Of a stretch of DNA of 64,000 nt, positions 23,948 through 37,046 are shown piece by piece. The position numbers and the translations under genes are program-made. Numbering within the stretch: position 1 is the first letter of the stretch; every line of letters starts with the position of its first letter. The stretch is from positions 73,594,001 to 73,658,000 of the forward strand of contig OZ320313.1 of NCBI GenBank assembly GCA_976226885.1, written 5' to 3'. The stretch is from Iphione sp. A-MEVVRFRX5 (lineage: Eukaryota). The notes under the pieces were generated by a model. It saw nothing but the letters and a program-made list of their open reading frames with translations. It did not search any database and was not told where the DNA came from.

Positions 23948-26900
23948 ATGTTTGCCTCTGGCATTGAAAACTCCAGACCAGGTCAAGTCATAAATGAAAT
24001 ATTTATTCTCGACAAAACCACACTTATATAAACAATCAGAATCCCTCCGCAACAACAAACCTCTCCAGAAAACGATCCCCTCTGCCCCTCTGCTAAGTCC
24101 CAGCTAGACCTTCCTCTTACCCCTCCACAACTGTCTTGCCTGCCCAATAACATAACAAATTGTTGTGTTCCTGTAAATGATTGCGTCATTTGCATGCTTG
24201 TAATAACCTATAATAATAACCCCAGGACATTTCCTCCAAACGAAGCGGATAACCTCCGCAAGCGGTCAACAAATCAGTCAGTTGCCATCAAGGAAATTAT
24301 CAACTCTGGGGTTGTCCTTCTCTGAATTTCTTTCCGATCTTAGAAGTAATTACTGTACTTTTTGCCACTTCTATGACTTGTGGTATTTACACTCTCCACG
24401 GCAGTGATGATGACAATTTTCCCTTAAAATGGCGTTGTCTTTTCTCATGGTACTCGCCTATTAAGCTTATCAGTCTTGAACGAGTCTCTCTAACAGTAGC
24501 ATATGAAATCGAGGAGGACTTTTCAGTTAAGGAATCCGCAAAGAGGTCTTGCGGATTCTGCTGGATTGGACATCGAAGAAGAGGTGGCGGTATAAGCTGG
24601 TAAAGCTTTGCTGAGGCCGCTTTCATCAGAGGATTTTTTTCCCAGAAGGCTTAAGCCTACCCAATCCTCACGCAATTCCTTTCACCTGCCGGTCCAACAA
24701 ACGCACGAACAGCGCTGGGCAGTTCTTCAGAAGGAGGCTTGGTGTCTTGCCGAATAACTTCACCACCACAACTGTTGTTTTCAAAGGCGGTCGTGTGCGA
24801 AACATCATTGGCCTTCAGTTGTCATAAACATATACATGTACATGAATACTGAGCTGTTATAGACCGTTATACAAACCAGAGCAGCACCGTCGTCTTGCGA
24901 GCGCAGTTGCCTGCAAGTAATAATTTTATGCTCCAAGAGGGAATCAGAAATCATCAGGATTGTGAGCAATGATGGTACTAAACAATCCAAGGGAAGAGTA
25001 TACGATCATCGTAACCCTGACAAGAGTTGCTACTTATATGCATGACAGTCCATGACGTCCCTGAAAATTGGTACGATCAGTGATTCCTGCGGGACAAACA
25101 CTATATAATCACTCTAATTTTACATGCAAGAGTGATTGAGGAAAGAGGGGCTGTCACAACATCGGGAAGACCTGGCAACGTTCTTGAATGAAGACATATA
25201 CATGTACTTTGGAATAAGAAGCCAAGGGCATTTAATTCAGTCCAGTTGAAGGAGAGCTCTTGAGTAGGCCCTGAAAATTGTCCAGTGGTTTGACATTTAT
25301 TCCATTACACGACATGTATAAACGAGCTGAAGGGATTAACGCCAGTCTTCAACCTACTTAAAATATCCCAGCCTTTGAAAACACTAAAAACACCTACTGA
25401 AAGATTTAAAGATGACAGGCTTTCATTATTTTCAAAGGCCTTATTTGTCACATTCCTGTCGGTTTTGGTGTGTCCTGGCCTGTATTTTACTCACTTTGTT
25501 ATGATCATGTACTCCTCTTTTACCCTGGCCTTTCCCCCGCCCCTTGCCCCAACCTCGTCCATGCTGGTCTCCGCAAACGGTTCAAGCCATTTAACCCTCC
25601 CCAACCACCACCTTTAACAACCATCATTCATTTGTCCTATCCAAGCGAGCAACTGAAATCGCAACTTACTTTTGTATTTGGACGACTCTGTAGGTTCAGT
25701 TCAATGTATGGGAGGAAAGGGTAAATGGTTGATGCATTCTGTAAGCAGAATTGCTGCTACGGGATCTGAATCGGATGGTGAACAAACCTAGCTGTTAGCA
25801 ATCATTACCTCAAGGTTTGTCTACCCTTTCAGTGTGATATGAATCGCTGACATTGGGGTGTAACGAAATAGATTTTTTTTAAATGTCCAGGTTATGGAAT
25901 ACATATACTATATCACCATGTACTTAATACAATCAAATTGTCTACGCTGTACACGTGCACATGTATACAGATGAGTAGTTATGAACTCCAGACGGGAAAC
26001 ATTACAGAGGAATGAACTGAATTCAACTACATGTAAGTAACTTACGGTGAAATCATTTTTTTTTTACAAAATCTTTAATTAAGCCTTTTTCAAATCATTT
26101 ATAAGACAAGAAGAGTCCTTTTAAGAGTTCCCAATCGAAGTTGGAAAAACTGCTTATAACTCACCTGATCAATTTATTCAATGTCAATTAAGTGGTCTCA
26201 GAACCAGACTTAATGGTAAGGTGGCGCTCGGAGCAGAATTTATGCACACAGGCTTAAATAAGTGTTTAGGAGAATTTATTGAAAATGATGAAAATTACTG
26301 ATTCAGGCTGGTTTACTTTTCTTCAATTTGATTAAAAATCCAAAAACATTGTCACCTCTTGTCAAAACAGAGCTATGCTGACCACAAGCCGCTGTCCTAA
26401 GAAAATTTGGCCCCCAGCACACGAAAGAAGCTGTAACTTGGGCGCCAGTTTCCTTTCGTGTATTTGTTCAGTGTTTTAAACGAGCATACTATAATCAATG
26501 CAACCCTCATACCTGCCTTGTGATAACGCGCACATGAAGGACTTGAGGACTAATTTGCATTTCATTATTGTAACAAATTCCATAGATTCCACAGATTTGG
26601 CTTAATTTACACAAATAATTAATGCAAATTTCTACCACCACACCACTGCATCTACCACTTTCAAGCAAGTGAGTCCACTCCCACCCCACACCCCCCGCAA
26701 CCGCCAGCATAAGCATGTGAAGAGGTCGTCCCAGCCAACTCTCATGCAGATTAATTTATAGAAACTGGCCCTAACAGGCTTTTAAAAATTCGGAATCGCT
26801 TTAAGCTACAATTTCCAAAGTAAGACATTTTAATTGACGAACGTCATCCTAAGACCATTTTAATTCACACAATATTCTCCTGACCACAAGCGATGGTAGA

Positions 26901-26952
26901 ATGAGCTATGGGAAAGAAAAAGACAACCCAAAACATACAAAATAGAGACGTT

Positions 26953-26958
26953 CTTTAT
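26953..26958 (-). terminator. WEE1 polyadenylation signal
   Basis: AATAAA on the minus strand, followed by a GU/U-rich downstream tract; about 1.45 kb after the stop codon. Confidence 0.6.
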
Positions 26959-28411
26959 TCAATCTGTAACAGTATACATGTATTTACATTCTTAAATTTG
27001 GAAACGTACATAATTTTCCTATCGTGATACGGACACCAGGATACTTTGGGAAAAAAGATTTAACAGATTTGACCAAAATAAAATGTTTATACTGTTAAGC
27101 TCGAGCCATTTGTGCAATTCGACCTAAAATAAATTAAACCCCGTTATGAATATTCATATTAGAAAAATATTTATTCTTGCCATTATGTAAAGCGTTGGAT
27201 ATGTCTAGTATGCTTTCTTTTTGAAATACAATTTTTATTATAATGACTATTTATCCTTTTTTGTACAGGCACGCCTCGTTCAACTACCATGTACATGTAC
27301 ATCCCGCTAATTATTGTGGAGTACACTCTCTACCCACGTAACCCTTTTTACTTCATCAATGACTAACAGTCTATAAATCACAAGGCCTGCAAGTGAAACT
27401 GAAGTAACCATGACGGCCCTTCTGATCGTGAAAATTAAAACGCGCTCGTCCTCTGCTACATCTATCTACAGTCAGAACGACCTCTCTTACGTTAAAAAAA
27501 AATCCAAGGCAAGCCAGCACCGACGGCGAACCTCGCAGAACATGCCATCCAAACGTACCAGTTTAACATCAACATGGACACGACACGGTGCGCTAGTCTC
27601 GGTCAGGCATGAACGTTAAAATTGTCGGTAAAAACACAAATTCCCGATTGACAGACAACACCGGCGAATGGGTAGATAGTAACATGGTAAGTAGTTGAAA
27701 CAGTGTTGTACCGTCCTACTGGATACGTTCGCACGCGTTGGGGTTTTCTGAAGCATCTCTTTCTTAATTAAAATCAAAACGTAACCATCACTGTTGCAGA
27801 TACAGGTACATACATGTTTAAGGTTCATTAGTTATGTGAATTCCAGACTTCAAATAATCCTGTGAAACCGACGGTTTCGACAAGCTTCAAATTTCCTCTG
27901 CAGGTCAGCGGCTTTCACCTGAGGCGTCGAGAGCTGCATGGCAACATTATCAGGCAGAACTTCAACACTATGGGCAAATACCCGCATCATCTGCAGAAAC
28001 ACATGGACTGAATTCGGAGAAGCACCTAGACGACTAACATAAAACTTTAAAAAGCCAACTGTGACTGATTCCTCAAGATTTAAAAACCTCCCTTGCCTTT
28101 GTAAAAACGATTGTTGTTCCCCGAATAACAATGAATGCTGCCAGAATTAAACTTATTGCAAAATCGATACACATTTTTTCGGGGGGTATAACAAATCTAT
28201 CCTGTCCGAAGATTGCTCTAGCAACACTTGTGAGCATACACCACACATAACTGTTAGGTTCGCGATTAGATTCTGAACTAGAAAGAAAACCTAACCGCAT
28301 TCCAGATTTTACACTAACATCCCGCAAATCCAACCAGTAGGTGATTTGCTGCAGCGCTTTGTTACTTAATGGAAGACAAATGAGCGTTGGATGTGTTAAA
28401 GTTGGCCTATT

Positions 28412-28852
28412 TTAGAAACATGTTAAGCTCATACTGCGGTTGACCTTCTTGCCAATGAGGCGCGAACTACGACCCGCTCCCACCTGCGATGGCAACACGT
28501 GTGTGACAATATTCCCCCCGCCCCCGCCGGCGCCTCCTGTTGCCGCCGTCGCCCCGTCCGCTGTCGTCTGGTTGTGTTCCGTGGCCGCCTTGAGCTGACG
28601 CGTCAGCAGCTCGTTCTTGAAGCGCTCCTCGTTCAGCTCCTGCCGCAGCTGCTGCCGCGTCTTGCGGGCAAACGGACACAGCGTCGGGTGTTGGCACAGC
28701 GAGGCGGCCGAGGGGCGAGCGCGTGGGTCAGGTTGCACCATCGACAGGAGCAGGTGATTCAGCTCGGTGGAGCAGCTCTCCAGTGGCGGCAGCTCCCCAC
28801 GCCGGATTGCCTGCCAGGAATCGCCGTTCTTGGGTAGCTCTCCTCCACCCCC
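28412..28852 (-). CDS. WEE1: Wee1 kinase, coding exon 7 (C-lobe end and coiled-coil tail)
   Basis: tttcccacag acceptor; GGGELPKNGDSWQAIRRG...MVQPDPRARPSA...KKVNRSMSLTCF-stop. Confidence 0.95.
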   Translation of the reverse strand, partial: GGGGELPKNGDSWQAIRRGELPPLESCSTELNHLLLSMVQPDPRARPSAASLCQHPTLCPFARKTRQQLRQELNEERFKNELLTRQLKAATEHNQTTADGATAATGGAGGGGGNIVTHVLPSQVGAGRSSRLIGKKVNRSMSLTCF

Positions 28853-29401
28853 CTGTGGGAAAAGACACAAATTATGCCTTACATTAGATGCCTAAGGATT
28901 ACGATTACACCAGCTTTAGGGTGATATAAAGCCATCAGTGAGGTCATGCTACTAATAACCAAATATATTTTGGACCTATTTCAAGCCAGTGAAATGACAG
29001 GCGTTTCATATTCATTTAGACTGGACGAGGACAAATAATCACGAAAATCTCATTTTTGATAGCTGTACTAAAATCGTTTTTACGTAAACACTTTTTCTAT
29101 AAGGGAAGAGAAAAGATTAGTATACCAAAATATATCTTTCCATTTCAACAGATGAGACGAAACAACACGAGATCAGAAAAAGTCGTGATTAACATTCACA
29201 TGTATACGGGACAATCTGGACAGACAAACAAAAGCTGGACTAGCCTTATCATAAACAGGCATTGCTCTGTCTTATAGTTCGTATTTTAATACTAAAAACA
29301 GAGCAAAGGACTGTGTGTGGAACCGAAGATAAATTCTCGCTGTCGGATAACCACCAGAATACACACAAACACACAAAAAGATAAATGTTAAGGAAACATA
29401 C

Positions 29402-29643
29402 CGCTTCCCAAATGGTCAGCGCCAGGGAGAAAATATCAGCCTTTGGGAGGTGCTCAAAGCTGTCTCTGAGCAGTTCGGCCGGCAGGTAGCGACAGTCGCC
29501 CTCCTCCACCGAAGTGGCCGTCAAGGATGTGACGTGGCCCAGGTCGCCTATCTTGTAGGTAACGTCCTCCTCGGTGTCCTCCAGGTCCTCCTCCAGGCCG
29601 GACTCGGACGACTGCTTGGGGTCCGAGTGAAGGAAGATGTTAC
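29402..29643 (-). CDS. WEE1: Wee1 kinase, coding exon 6
   Basis: NIFL...[10 protein letters not shown]...[11 protein letters not shown]...[10 protein letters not shown]; GT-AG sites, phase 1 to 0. Confidence 0.95.
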
Positions 29644-29883
29644 CTGTATAAATGGAACGGGGGGGAATGTTATCCGCCAGTCCCTCTTTAATCTGTCTGT
29701 AATACAGGACTCGTAGTTTCAGAATATTGCGTTATATTCCCATGTGCTGACTAGCCTGCTTTGCATTACAAATAAAAACTGCTTTGGATAACAAAAAAAT
29801 GACTGAAACCTAGTTACAACTACCCAACAGAGCTGGCAAAAATCCTTTTCTGAAGATTTGTCCCAGCGGGGAGCTTGACTCAC

Positions 29884-30018
29884 CTGGCTTGATGTCTAGG
29901 TGCACCAGCTTCTGGGAGTGGATGTAGCGCAGGCCACGGGCACAGTGCAGCAGCACCTGTTTCAGCTGTGCTTCACTCAGCGGACCCTCCGAGGCCAGCA
30001 CGTCCGCCAGACTACCAC
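29884..30018 (-). CDS. WEE1: Wee1 kinase, coding exon 5
   Basis: GSLADVL...GLRYIHSQKLVHLDIKP; CAG|GTGAGT donor. Confidence 0.95.
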
Positions 30019-30340
30019 CTGCACACACAATGAGGGGAAAATAGGGAAAAATGCCTGCGTATCCGTCACGTAAAAGACAGTCAAGTCAAATACAACTAAC
30101 AAGACTAAGGTAAATGTAAATTGCCGAGCTGAAGGTGTCTGTGCCAAGAGGGGGTGTTAATGCAAATTTAAAGAAAGACCCTGTGAATCCAGTTGTGGGT
30201 CTGAAAAATTGATGACTTTGAAATAAAAAAATGACTTAGTTGGTTAAATATTCTGTTGAGCCTCCGATATGTCTCTATTTGTTGTTGTTTCATTTTTTAT
30301 TTATTTTTTGGGGGGGTGAGGAGAGTAGGGGGTGGCTTAC

Positions 30341-30462
30341 CGTTACAGTACTCATTCTGGATGTACATGTGGTCATTCTCGGCCCACGCTGAGAAGTAAC
30401 GCACCACGTGGGGATGCTTGCCCAGAACGGCGTGCGCGTAAACTTCATTCATGGCGGTCCGT
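30341..30462 (-). CDS. WEE1: Wee1 kinase, coding exon 4
   Basis: [38 protein letters not shown], containing the Wee1 EVYAHAVLG signature. Confidence 0.95.
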
Positions 30463-30930
30463 CTGAATGGAAAGTCAAGAGCAGTTAGTCAGCAACAAAA
30501 CGTATTCAAAACCCGACCATCAACGCAGACCAAAGACGATATTTAAAAAAAATGCATGAAAACATAACAAGAAGTATATTATTCCATTTTCCTTGAAAAA
30601 TCACAGCACGAACATAGTGAAGGACAGCGTTTACATGATGTATTCAAAATACTAGGAGTGAGTAGTTAGCCTGACTGCTGGGAAATGCCCAACGTTTAAA
30701 GGGGATCTATTGATGGTTGCAAATACAATCAGTGATGACAGAGACTGATGGTATTTCGACGAAGGAGGGAACGATGATATCATGAAGCTATCAATATCAT
30801 CAGCACTGACACGGAATCCCACGCTATCAGTACGGTGCAACAGCTTATTACACTGAGGACACAGCGCCAAATGTCTGCAACCTCCCCAACCCATCCACCT
30901 ATCTACCTTGACATGCATATTGACACTCAC

Positions 30931-31100
30931 TCGTAGACGCTGCCGGCAACAGGTGTCTTGGACTTCTTGATGGCGTACGTGCAGCCGTCGAGCCGGTGGA
31001 TACACTTGTGCACGGCGCCGAACTCACCGTCGCCCAGCTTATCCGTCTGCAGGAACTCCTCGTGGTAGCGGGACAGGTTGATGTCGTGCAGGGCGAGTTT
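30931..31100 (-). CDS. WEE1: Wee1 kinase, coding exon 3
   Basis: SRYHEEF...LGDGEFGAVHKCIHRLDGCTYAIKKS; GTGAGT donor. Confidence 0.95.
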
Positions 31101-31519
31101 CTGGTTAATGACATACAGGTGAGCTTTTGTGGTGAAATGAGATGTCTCTCAACGGTAGTCGAGCTATTAAAGCAGTTTGCGTATGCTACTATGGTGTACA
31201 TGTATATGAAAACACTATGCAATTACGTCCCTCAAATTGTATCAAAACGTGAAAAGCATACAGTATACACGTCACATCCATCATTGTGTTGTACGCCGTA
31301 TGGCATAGACACGTTCTACCCTGCACTCTACACAACAAATCTACACACAGAAAAAGGGATATTTCTCAGAGTTTCACATCGATAATTCAAGATTCCTTTA
31401 CCACCGTGGAGTGGGTCACCACAAGCACAAATTTCCCAGCAGTGATTTTTCCCCCCTTGATTTGTTTTTACCAATTCAATCAATGAAAAAATGATGATGA
31501 CTTTGTAATACAAATTTAC

Positions 31520-31574
31520 CTTCGTGCAAGGTAGGTCTTCTTCCATTTCCTCGTCCAGCGAATCGTCGAAGCTT
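31520..31574 (-). CDS. WEE1: Wee1 kinase, coding exon 2
   Basis: SFDDSLDEEMEEDLPCTK; 55 nt; phase 2 to 0 links exons 1 and 3. Confidence 0.85.
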
Positions 31575-32082
31575 CTGAAATTGACAGGAACGATTAAAGA
31601 TAAAACAATTTCGTGATACACAACTCTTAACTGCATTAGCTATATGAGGTTCTCTTATAAAGAGGGGATACACATATCAGGTTAATCATGGTAAGCCATC
31701 TTACAGGATGGAATGGGGTTCCACAGGCGTATCAACAGGTCAGAATCCTGTATCTCAACTATACCTTCAGACACTCCGCCCCACCCCTACCCTCTCCTCT
31801 TCCCTTTTTGAAACAGACAAGCAGACTAGGCATTGAAAGTAATGCAGAAAAGGTTCTGCTTCGTAAATAGGAGATCCCTCCCCCCCCCTTCCCCCTTAAA
31901 AAAAACAACAAAGAGACGGAGGCGGAATGGCCGCCTATGGGTTGGAGAAACTGTCACTACGGACTTGAATAAAGGATGGGATAAAAAAAAAAACACTTGA
32001 TCTAAGAATGGGAGCGGGAAGGTTTCATCAGTCCTACGGAGCCCCAACAACACCGCCCCCCCCCCACACACACACAACCAAC

Positions 32083-32109
32083 CAGACAGACAGACAGACA
32101 GACAGACAG
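32083..32109. repeat. (GACA)n microsatellite
   Basis: Direct reading. Confidence 0.9.
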
Positions 32110-35100
32110 TGGGTATTCACGTCACGCCCGTGTACGTCCAAAGGGCGCTTACAGCCTTAAACGTAGTCCCTTGTTGCGATCATAATGACTGGATGCAACC
32201 ATCATACATGTGCTCATTACCTACAAATGACATTACTCTCTCTAAGATGGATCCTCTTAATTTAAGCAGTTCTTTCTAGGTATGCCGTATTAATCTGCGT
32301 AATTCATTTCTAACTAAGCGGATCCTAAGAGGATGTTATGGTCGTCTACATGTGATGAATTGTAAAATACACATGTACTTGGAATTGATTACATGTATTA
32401 GTATTTTTTTTCCTTTTACCAATCTCGATCTCAATTCACTTGACGACTACCAAAATATGCCATCGACTCGGCAACTTTGAGGTCTGACGTCACGACGCCT
32501 GCACCTTAGTAATCTTACTAGCTTAAGTTCAAAGAATCAATCACTAAGAAATTAAAATGCCGATAAAGACGACTCGACTGGGACCCGATCTGCTTACTCT
32601 CCAATCTACCACGAGTCGACGCAGATAGAGGGATCACTACGTGTCAGCACTAGTACGACCGTGAAGCCCCAAAACGTTGTCCGGCGTCTGATACATAAGG
32701 TTGGAAATCCAGCAGACCCATTTTGGTGTGGCCTCCATGTGTGGCTTTTGCATACAATACACGTAATCTACAACTGACCTTAAAAAATTCTTATCAATAA
32801 CCGTGACTACTACTCGACAAGTTTTTTTTGTTTTTTTCCCCAAGTTCAACACTTTATTTCACCATTTAACGGCCATGTGCTCGCATGTAGTGTGAGTGGT
32901 AGTTTCTGTCTGACTCCCAATGATTCCTTGATGCCTGCACTGGCGCTCGGGTGATTTAAATTAACCAGTAAGGCTATACAAAAATGAAACTGGGAATATA
33001 CGGTTATGCATAGGTCTACATACTTAACACCTACATCCACTTACAGTGCCCCTCAGTCATATTCACAACGATAAACAGACTGATTTACTCCAATTCCGGA
33101 GCTCCTACTCCTTATTCCTGCAAATTAATACATGTACATGCTGTTCTTTTTTACGCATGAATAGCGAAAGTGACACACCGCTGACACGTCCCTTTCAACG
33201 CGTTCAGTTTTGCGGATAATAGCTGCATGGCAGCTCCTTTTGTGATGGTGACGTCACTAAGTGTCAGGCGCCTGCCCCATTATCCCCGACCGAGCGTCTT
33301 TGCACATCTTGTTTACGCATCCCTGCGACTCCCCACCAAATACTCACACTCGAAAACACCCGTCTTCTCTGGCAACATTTTGCGTGACCAGCTGCTAGTA
33401 CGGCCCGTGCAAGCACGACAAGTACAAGCGACTTGTCTCACACCAACCCCAACCCTGACATCCCCCATCCGGCCCCTAAATGCCTGGAAAGGTGTCCCCC
33501 TTCATCTGGGTACACGCAATCCCTCCTACCCGTGTAATTTGGCCGGGGATTATGACACCCCCGAAAGGTCACAGCTATCACCCCTGCAGGTCGGGGAAGG
33601 CCCAGGTCCCTGATGGCGACAGGTGAAAATATCCACATCCAAGACGTTTTGAGACGTCCCCATGCTTTTCCCTGCGTAATTTTAGTCCCCAAGTCGCTAA
33701 GCGTTCCTGTCATCAAGAGGAAAAATAGTGGTGTATCCAGCTGTTGGCGAATACACAGAGCTGCACCAGAGAGAGGCACCTTTTTCAGGGATAAAAACAT
33801 GTTAATGTCACCCAGTTTGTGAACAGTAGCCTCCGTAAACGTTGACTTTCTTTTGCGCCGCCGCATCACTGGTGACGTGGTAGTTGGCAAATATTTAAAC
33901 GTGGGATTCCAGGAATAATTCCCAGCGATAGAAGAACTATGCAATCGTCTGGTCTATCACTGGGATACGACCAAAGCGCGCTCTTTGATACTACTACGGA
34001 TACTGCTATAGACGTTGGCCGTTGTTTTTATCAGCTTGTGTGGGCAAAGGCGGACGCCGCCACCAGTCTCCTCCTCACCAGATAAGTTGTGAGATACCTT
34101 TAAACGGCCCTTTGAAGCCGCCGCCGCCCGCTGCGCGCCCCACGTTAAACGGCTAAAGAGACCGGCAGCTCTGAGTTGGGGAGGATAGCCAGCGACCCAC
34201 CGGGTGTGAGTGTGGGAAGATGCTACACAAAATGACACTGTTGTGTGACTGTCTGTGTGTGTTGGGGCGGGCGGGAGGGAGAGATGCTGCCTCATGAGTG
34301 ACATGACACAATACGCATCGCTCAAATTCCTACTGGACCGGCCGGTTCTGCGTACAGCTGAGGGGCGGGACAGCGAGGCCCCAGGGATTAATCAAGCCAT
34401 ACTGCGACCACATGTGATAATCCACCCCTATAAGCAGCAGGTTGCCTAGATGTCATGTTCATTTAAAAATGAATACAATAAATCGAATAGGCTTTCATCG
34501 CCCAAAGCATGACGTAAGACAGTTCCCCTAAACTGGGTTCTGGTAACACCCCACACATTTATGTAAACGACGTTATCCGAATTGACTTCGCATAGAAATG
34601 CGACTCCATATTCAAGTTTCTTCATTTGCTGACCGAAATTACATAATGTAAACGCACATGAAACGATTATTGGTATAGTAAGGAACGGCTCTACACAAAT
34701 AATTTCGTGTGCATGTATTTGTAAAAATGTGGGGTACATCTGAACATTTAAATAACTAAATATTTAAATGAGGCCGCTTCTCGGTCAATGAAAAATATGA
34801 CCTCCGCTACAGGACCTGCAAAGGTAACCTTTTATAGTTTTACAAGCGCCTTCGGCGCCTGCACTGCCTGGTAAGAGTGTGTGTGTAGTTTTGTGGTGGG
34901 GGCTGGTGTCAGAGCCAGGAGGGGGGGGGCAGGGGTTAAGGGTCAAAGTACAGACTCATCTGGCCTTTTACAACTCTCGGTTCTGCTTGACTGAACAGAG
35001 GGGGTAGGAATACAGCACTCTCTGGAGAAAATAGGGCCACATATGTCATTATGTTTTTAATAATAGGCATTTTACATACACTAAAGGTTAGTAACCATCT

Positions 35101-37046
35101 CTGTCTTGCTTTCAAATATCCTCATGGATCAGTCAGTATAAAAAATAAGGTAGTTCTCGAAAATCACACCACTACGAGTAGGGCCACATATGTCAGCCTC
35201 CATGGCCGGACTACTTTTGGGCAACGTTTTATATAGGTAGTTTTAAAAGTTTGGACCCTTTGCTACTTGAAGCCCTCTCATTTAGGGGTCATGACAATGC
35301 CAACCAGATTAACCGGGTACAGAATGCAGCCGGATAGCCTAAAATTCCGTTAGTTTTCCAACTCAAAACAACTTATACACTTAGAATAATGACTGGTTTC
35401 TGTACTTTGGCAGGTGAAAGACCGTCTCAACGACCCCTTGCTGCGCCCAGTTGCACAGGGGGTCAGCATTATTCAATCGGTTCCCCTCTACGCATTTGAC
35501 ACCGCCTAATATGAGATAACTGTGAAGAAAATAATGACAATTACCATTAAAATAGTACGTGTAATGTCTTCTGCCTTCGTGAACTAGGTACTATTGTCAA
35601 CGATGTTCACTCTTGATTAACTGTATAGGAAGAGAAACATTTCCCTCAAAAAGGAACAAAAAACACTTACTTCCCTTCATAATCCTGATATTCGCAGCTT
35701 TATGCTATTTAATCTATATATGATGCACAAGGGTAAAAAGTGAGGGAATATAAGTAAATGGCATGTCGTTCTAACTGCAACTACAACACGAAATTGAGTT
35801 GTCATAAATGGCTTTTCTGGTCATACAAAGAGGTGGGCTTCCGGACTTCATTTAGAAATCTACAAAATTTGGTAAAACTTTCCATAACTAAATGAGCTCG
35901 TGGAGTGACAATGCATATAACGGAAATGTTCGTGTAGCATGAACACTTTAAACACCTGGATCTCAACGAGTGCTACGTCAGCTTGAATGGCAAGCTTTGT
36001 AATGTGACAGTTTGTTTGGCAAGTAGTAATTTCTAAATGCTGAATTTCCATGCAACTATATATGTTCTGTCTTCAATGTGGATTTTGGCCAGACAGTAGA
36101 ACCAACAGGGGTGTACCCATGTTTCCATGTAGTATGTTTTGGAATGGAACATGTACCATTTCGCAATGATCCGTGTAGCATGCGTCTGTTTGGAATGGGA
36201 ACCATGCTTAACTATGTAGGTGTAAATGAAGAACACAATACGCATATGCATGGGAACCCAGCCTTAGACCAATACAGTGAGGAGAATCTTAGGCAAGTCC
36301 TCTGAACCAAGCATATGCAGTTGAGATCCACTATATTAACCTTCTTATTCAGCTGCTGATACCAATCCTCTACCCAAGTAGGAAGGTGACCCCAGTTTAG
36401 AGAAACAACCAAAAGGACATGTCAAACTTCCAGGGCTGGTTTATGAAACAAATGTATCCTTACAATACAATGAGACTGCCAACCTCCTAAGACCCAATTA
36501 CGCCTAGTACTTTCTCATTTAAGTATCTTGTGTGGGTCTATTTTTTTTTTCAAAATGCGACACTAATATACTGTTGTAATCTATCCTCATCAATCAGTTT
36601 CCTTATCTGTCACATCCTTCTCCCTCACCCACTCAGCCAGGCTTGGTATGCGTCACTATGTGCGTCATGGAATGCGTCAGCCTCCGTCATCCACAGGTGG
36701 CCATGAGTCACCGCACACGGGTGGGTGTGGATGGTCCAAAAAAATAGGTCAACACGCAAACTGACAACCGCCTGTTGACGGCCTTTCCATTTAAATTCCT
36801 CCGAATAATCCTTTTGTTGCATACTACAACACCAGTCAGATGTCATTCTGTAAGCATTAGTGTTTTTTTTTTTTTACAAAGCTAAACTAAAATAAAAAAA
36901 ACAGAATAAACTACCATTCTGTTAGAAACTTTTAGAACTGTTAGATAAATAGGATTTCGCAACATTGCACATGTACGTACATCAGTTAACAAACATATGC
37001 ATATACAGAGTGGGATAATTTGGAAAAATTACCAGTAAGTGCTTAC

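Larger units (their letters stand above)
17408..24150 (-). mobile_element. Degenerate Ty3/Gypsy LTR retrotransposon 1
   Basis: Diverged LTRs at about 17408-17710 and 23949-24150. gag DWEDYLHHFHLVSMANSW (23508-23317); protease WLVDT(W)ASST (22751-22458); RT KDAYPIPQVD, SGYWQV, PFSLCNAP and YLDDVI (about 22020-21330); RNase H DTDAS (about 21000); integrase VDILGPF and DHFTKW plus a GPY/F-like tail (20870-19700). Many stops and frameshifts. Boundaries are approximate. Confidence 0.9.

Noticed and set aside
33227-34449. ORFs of 64-168 aa in WEE1 intron 1
   Set aside because: No recognisable domains; expected in GC-rich sequence.
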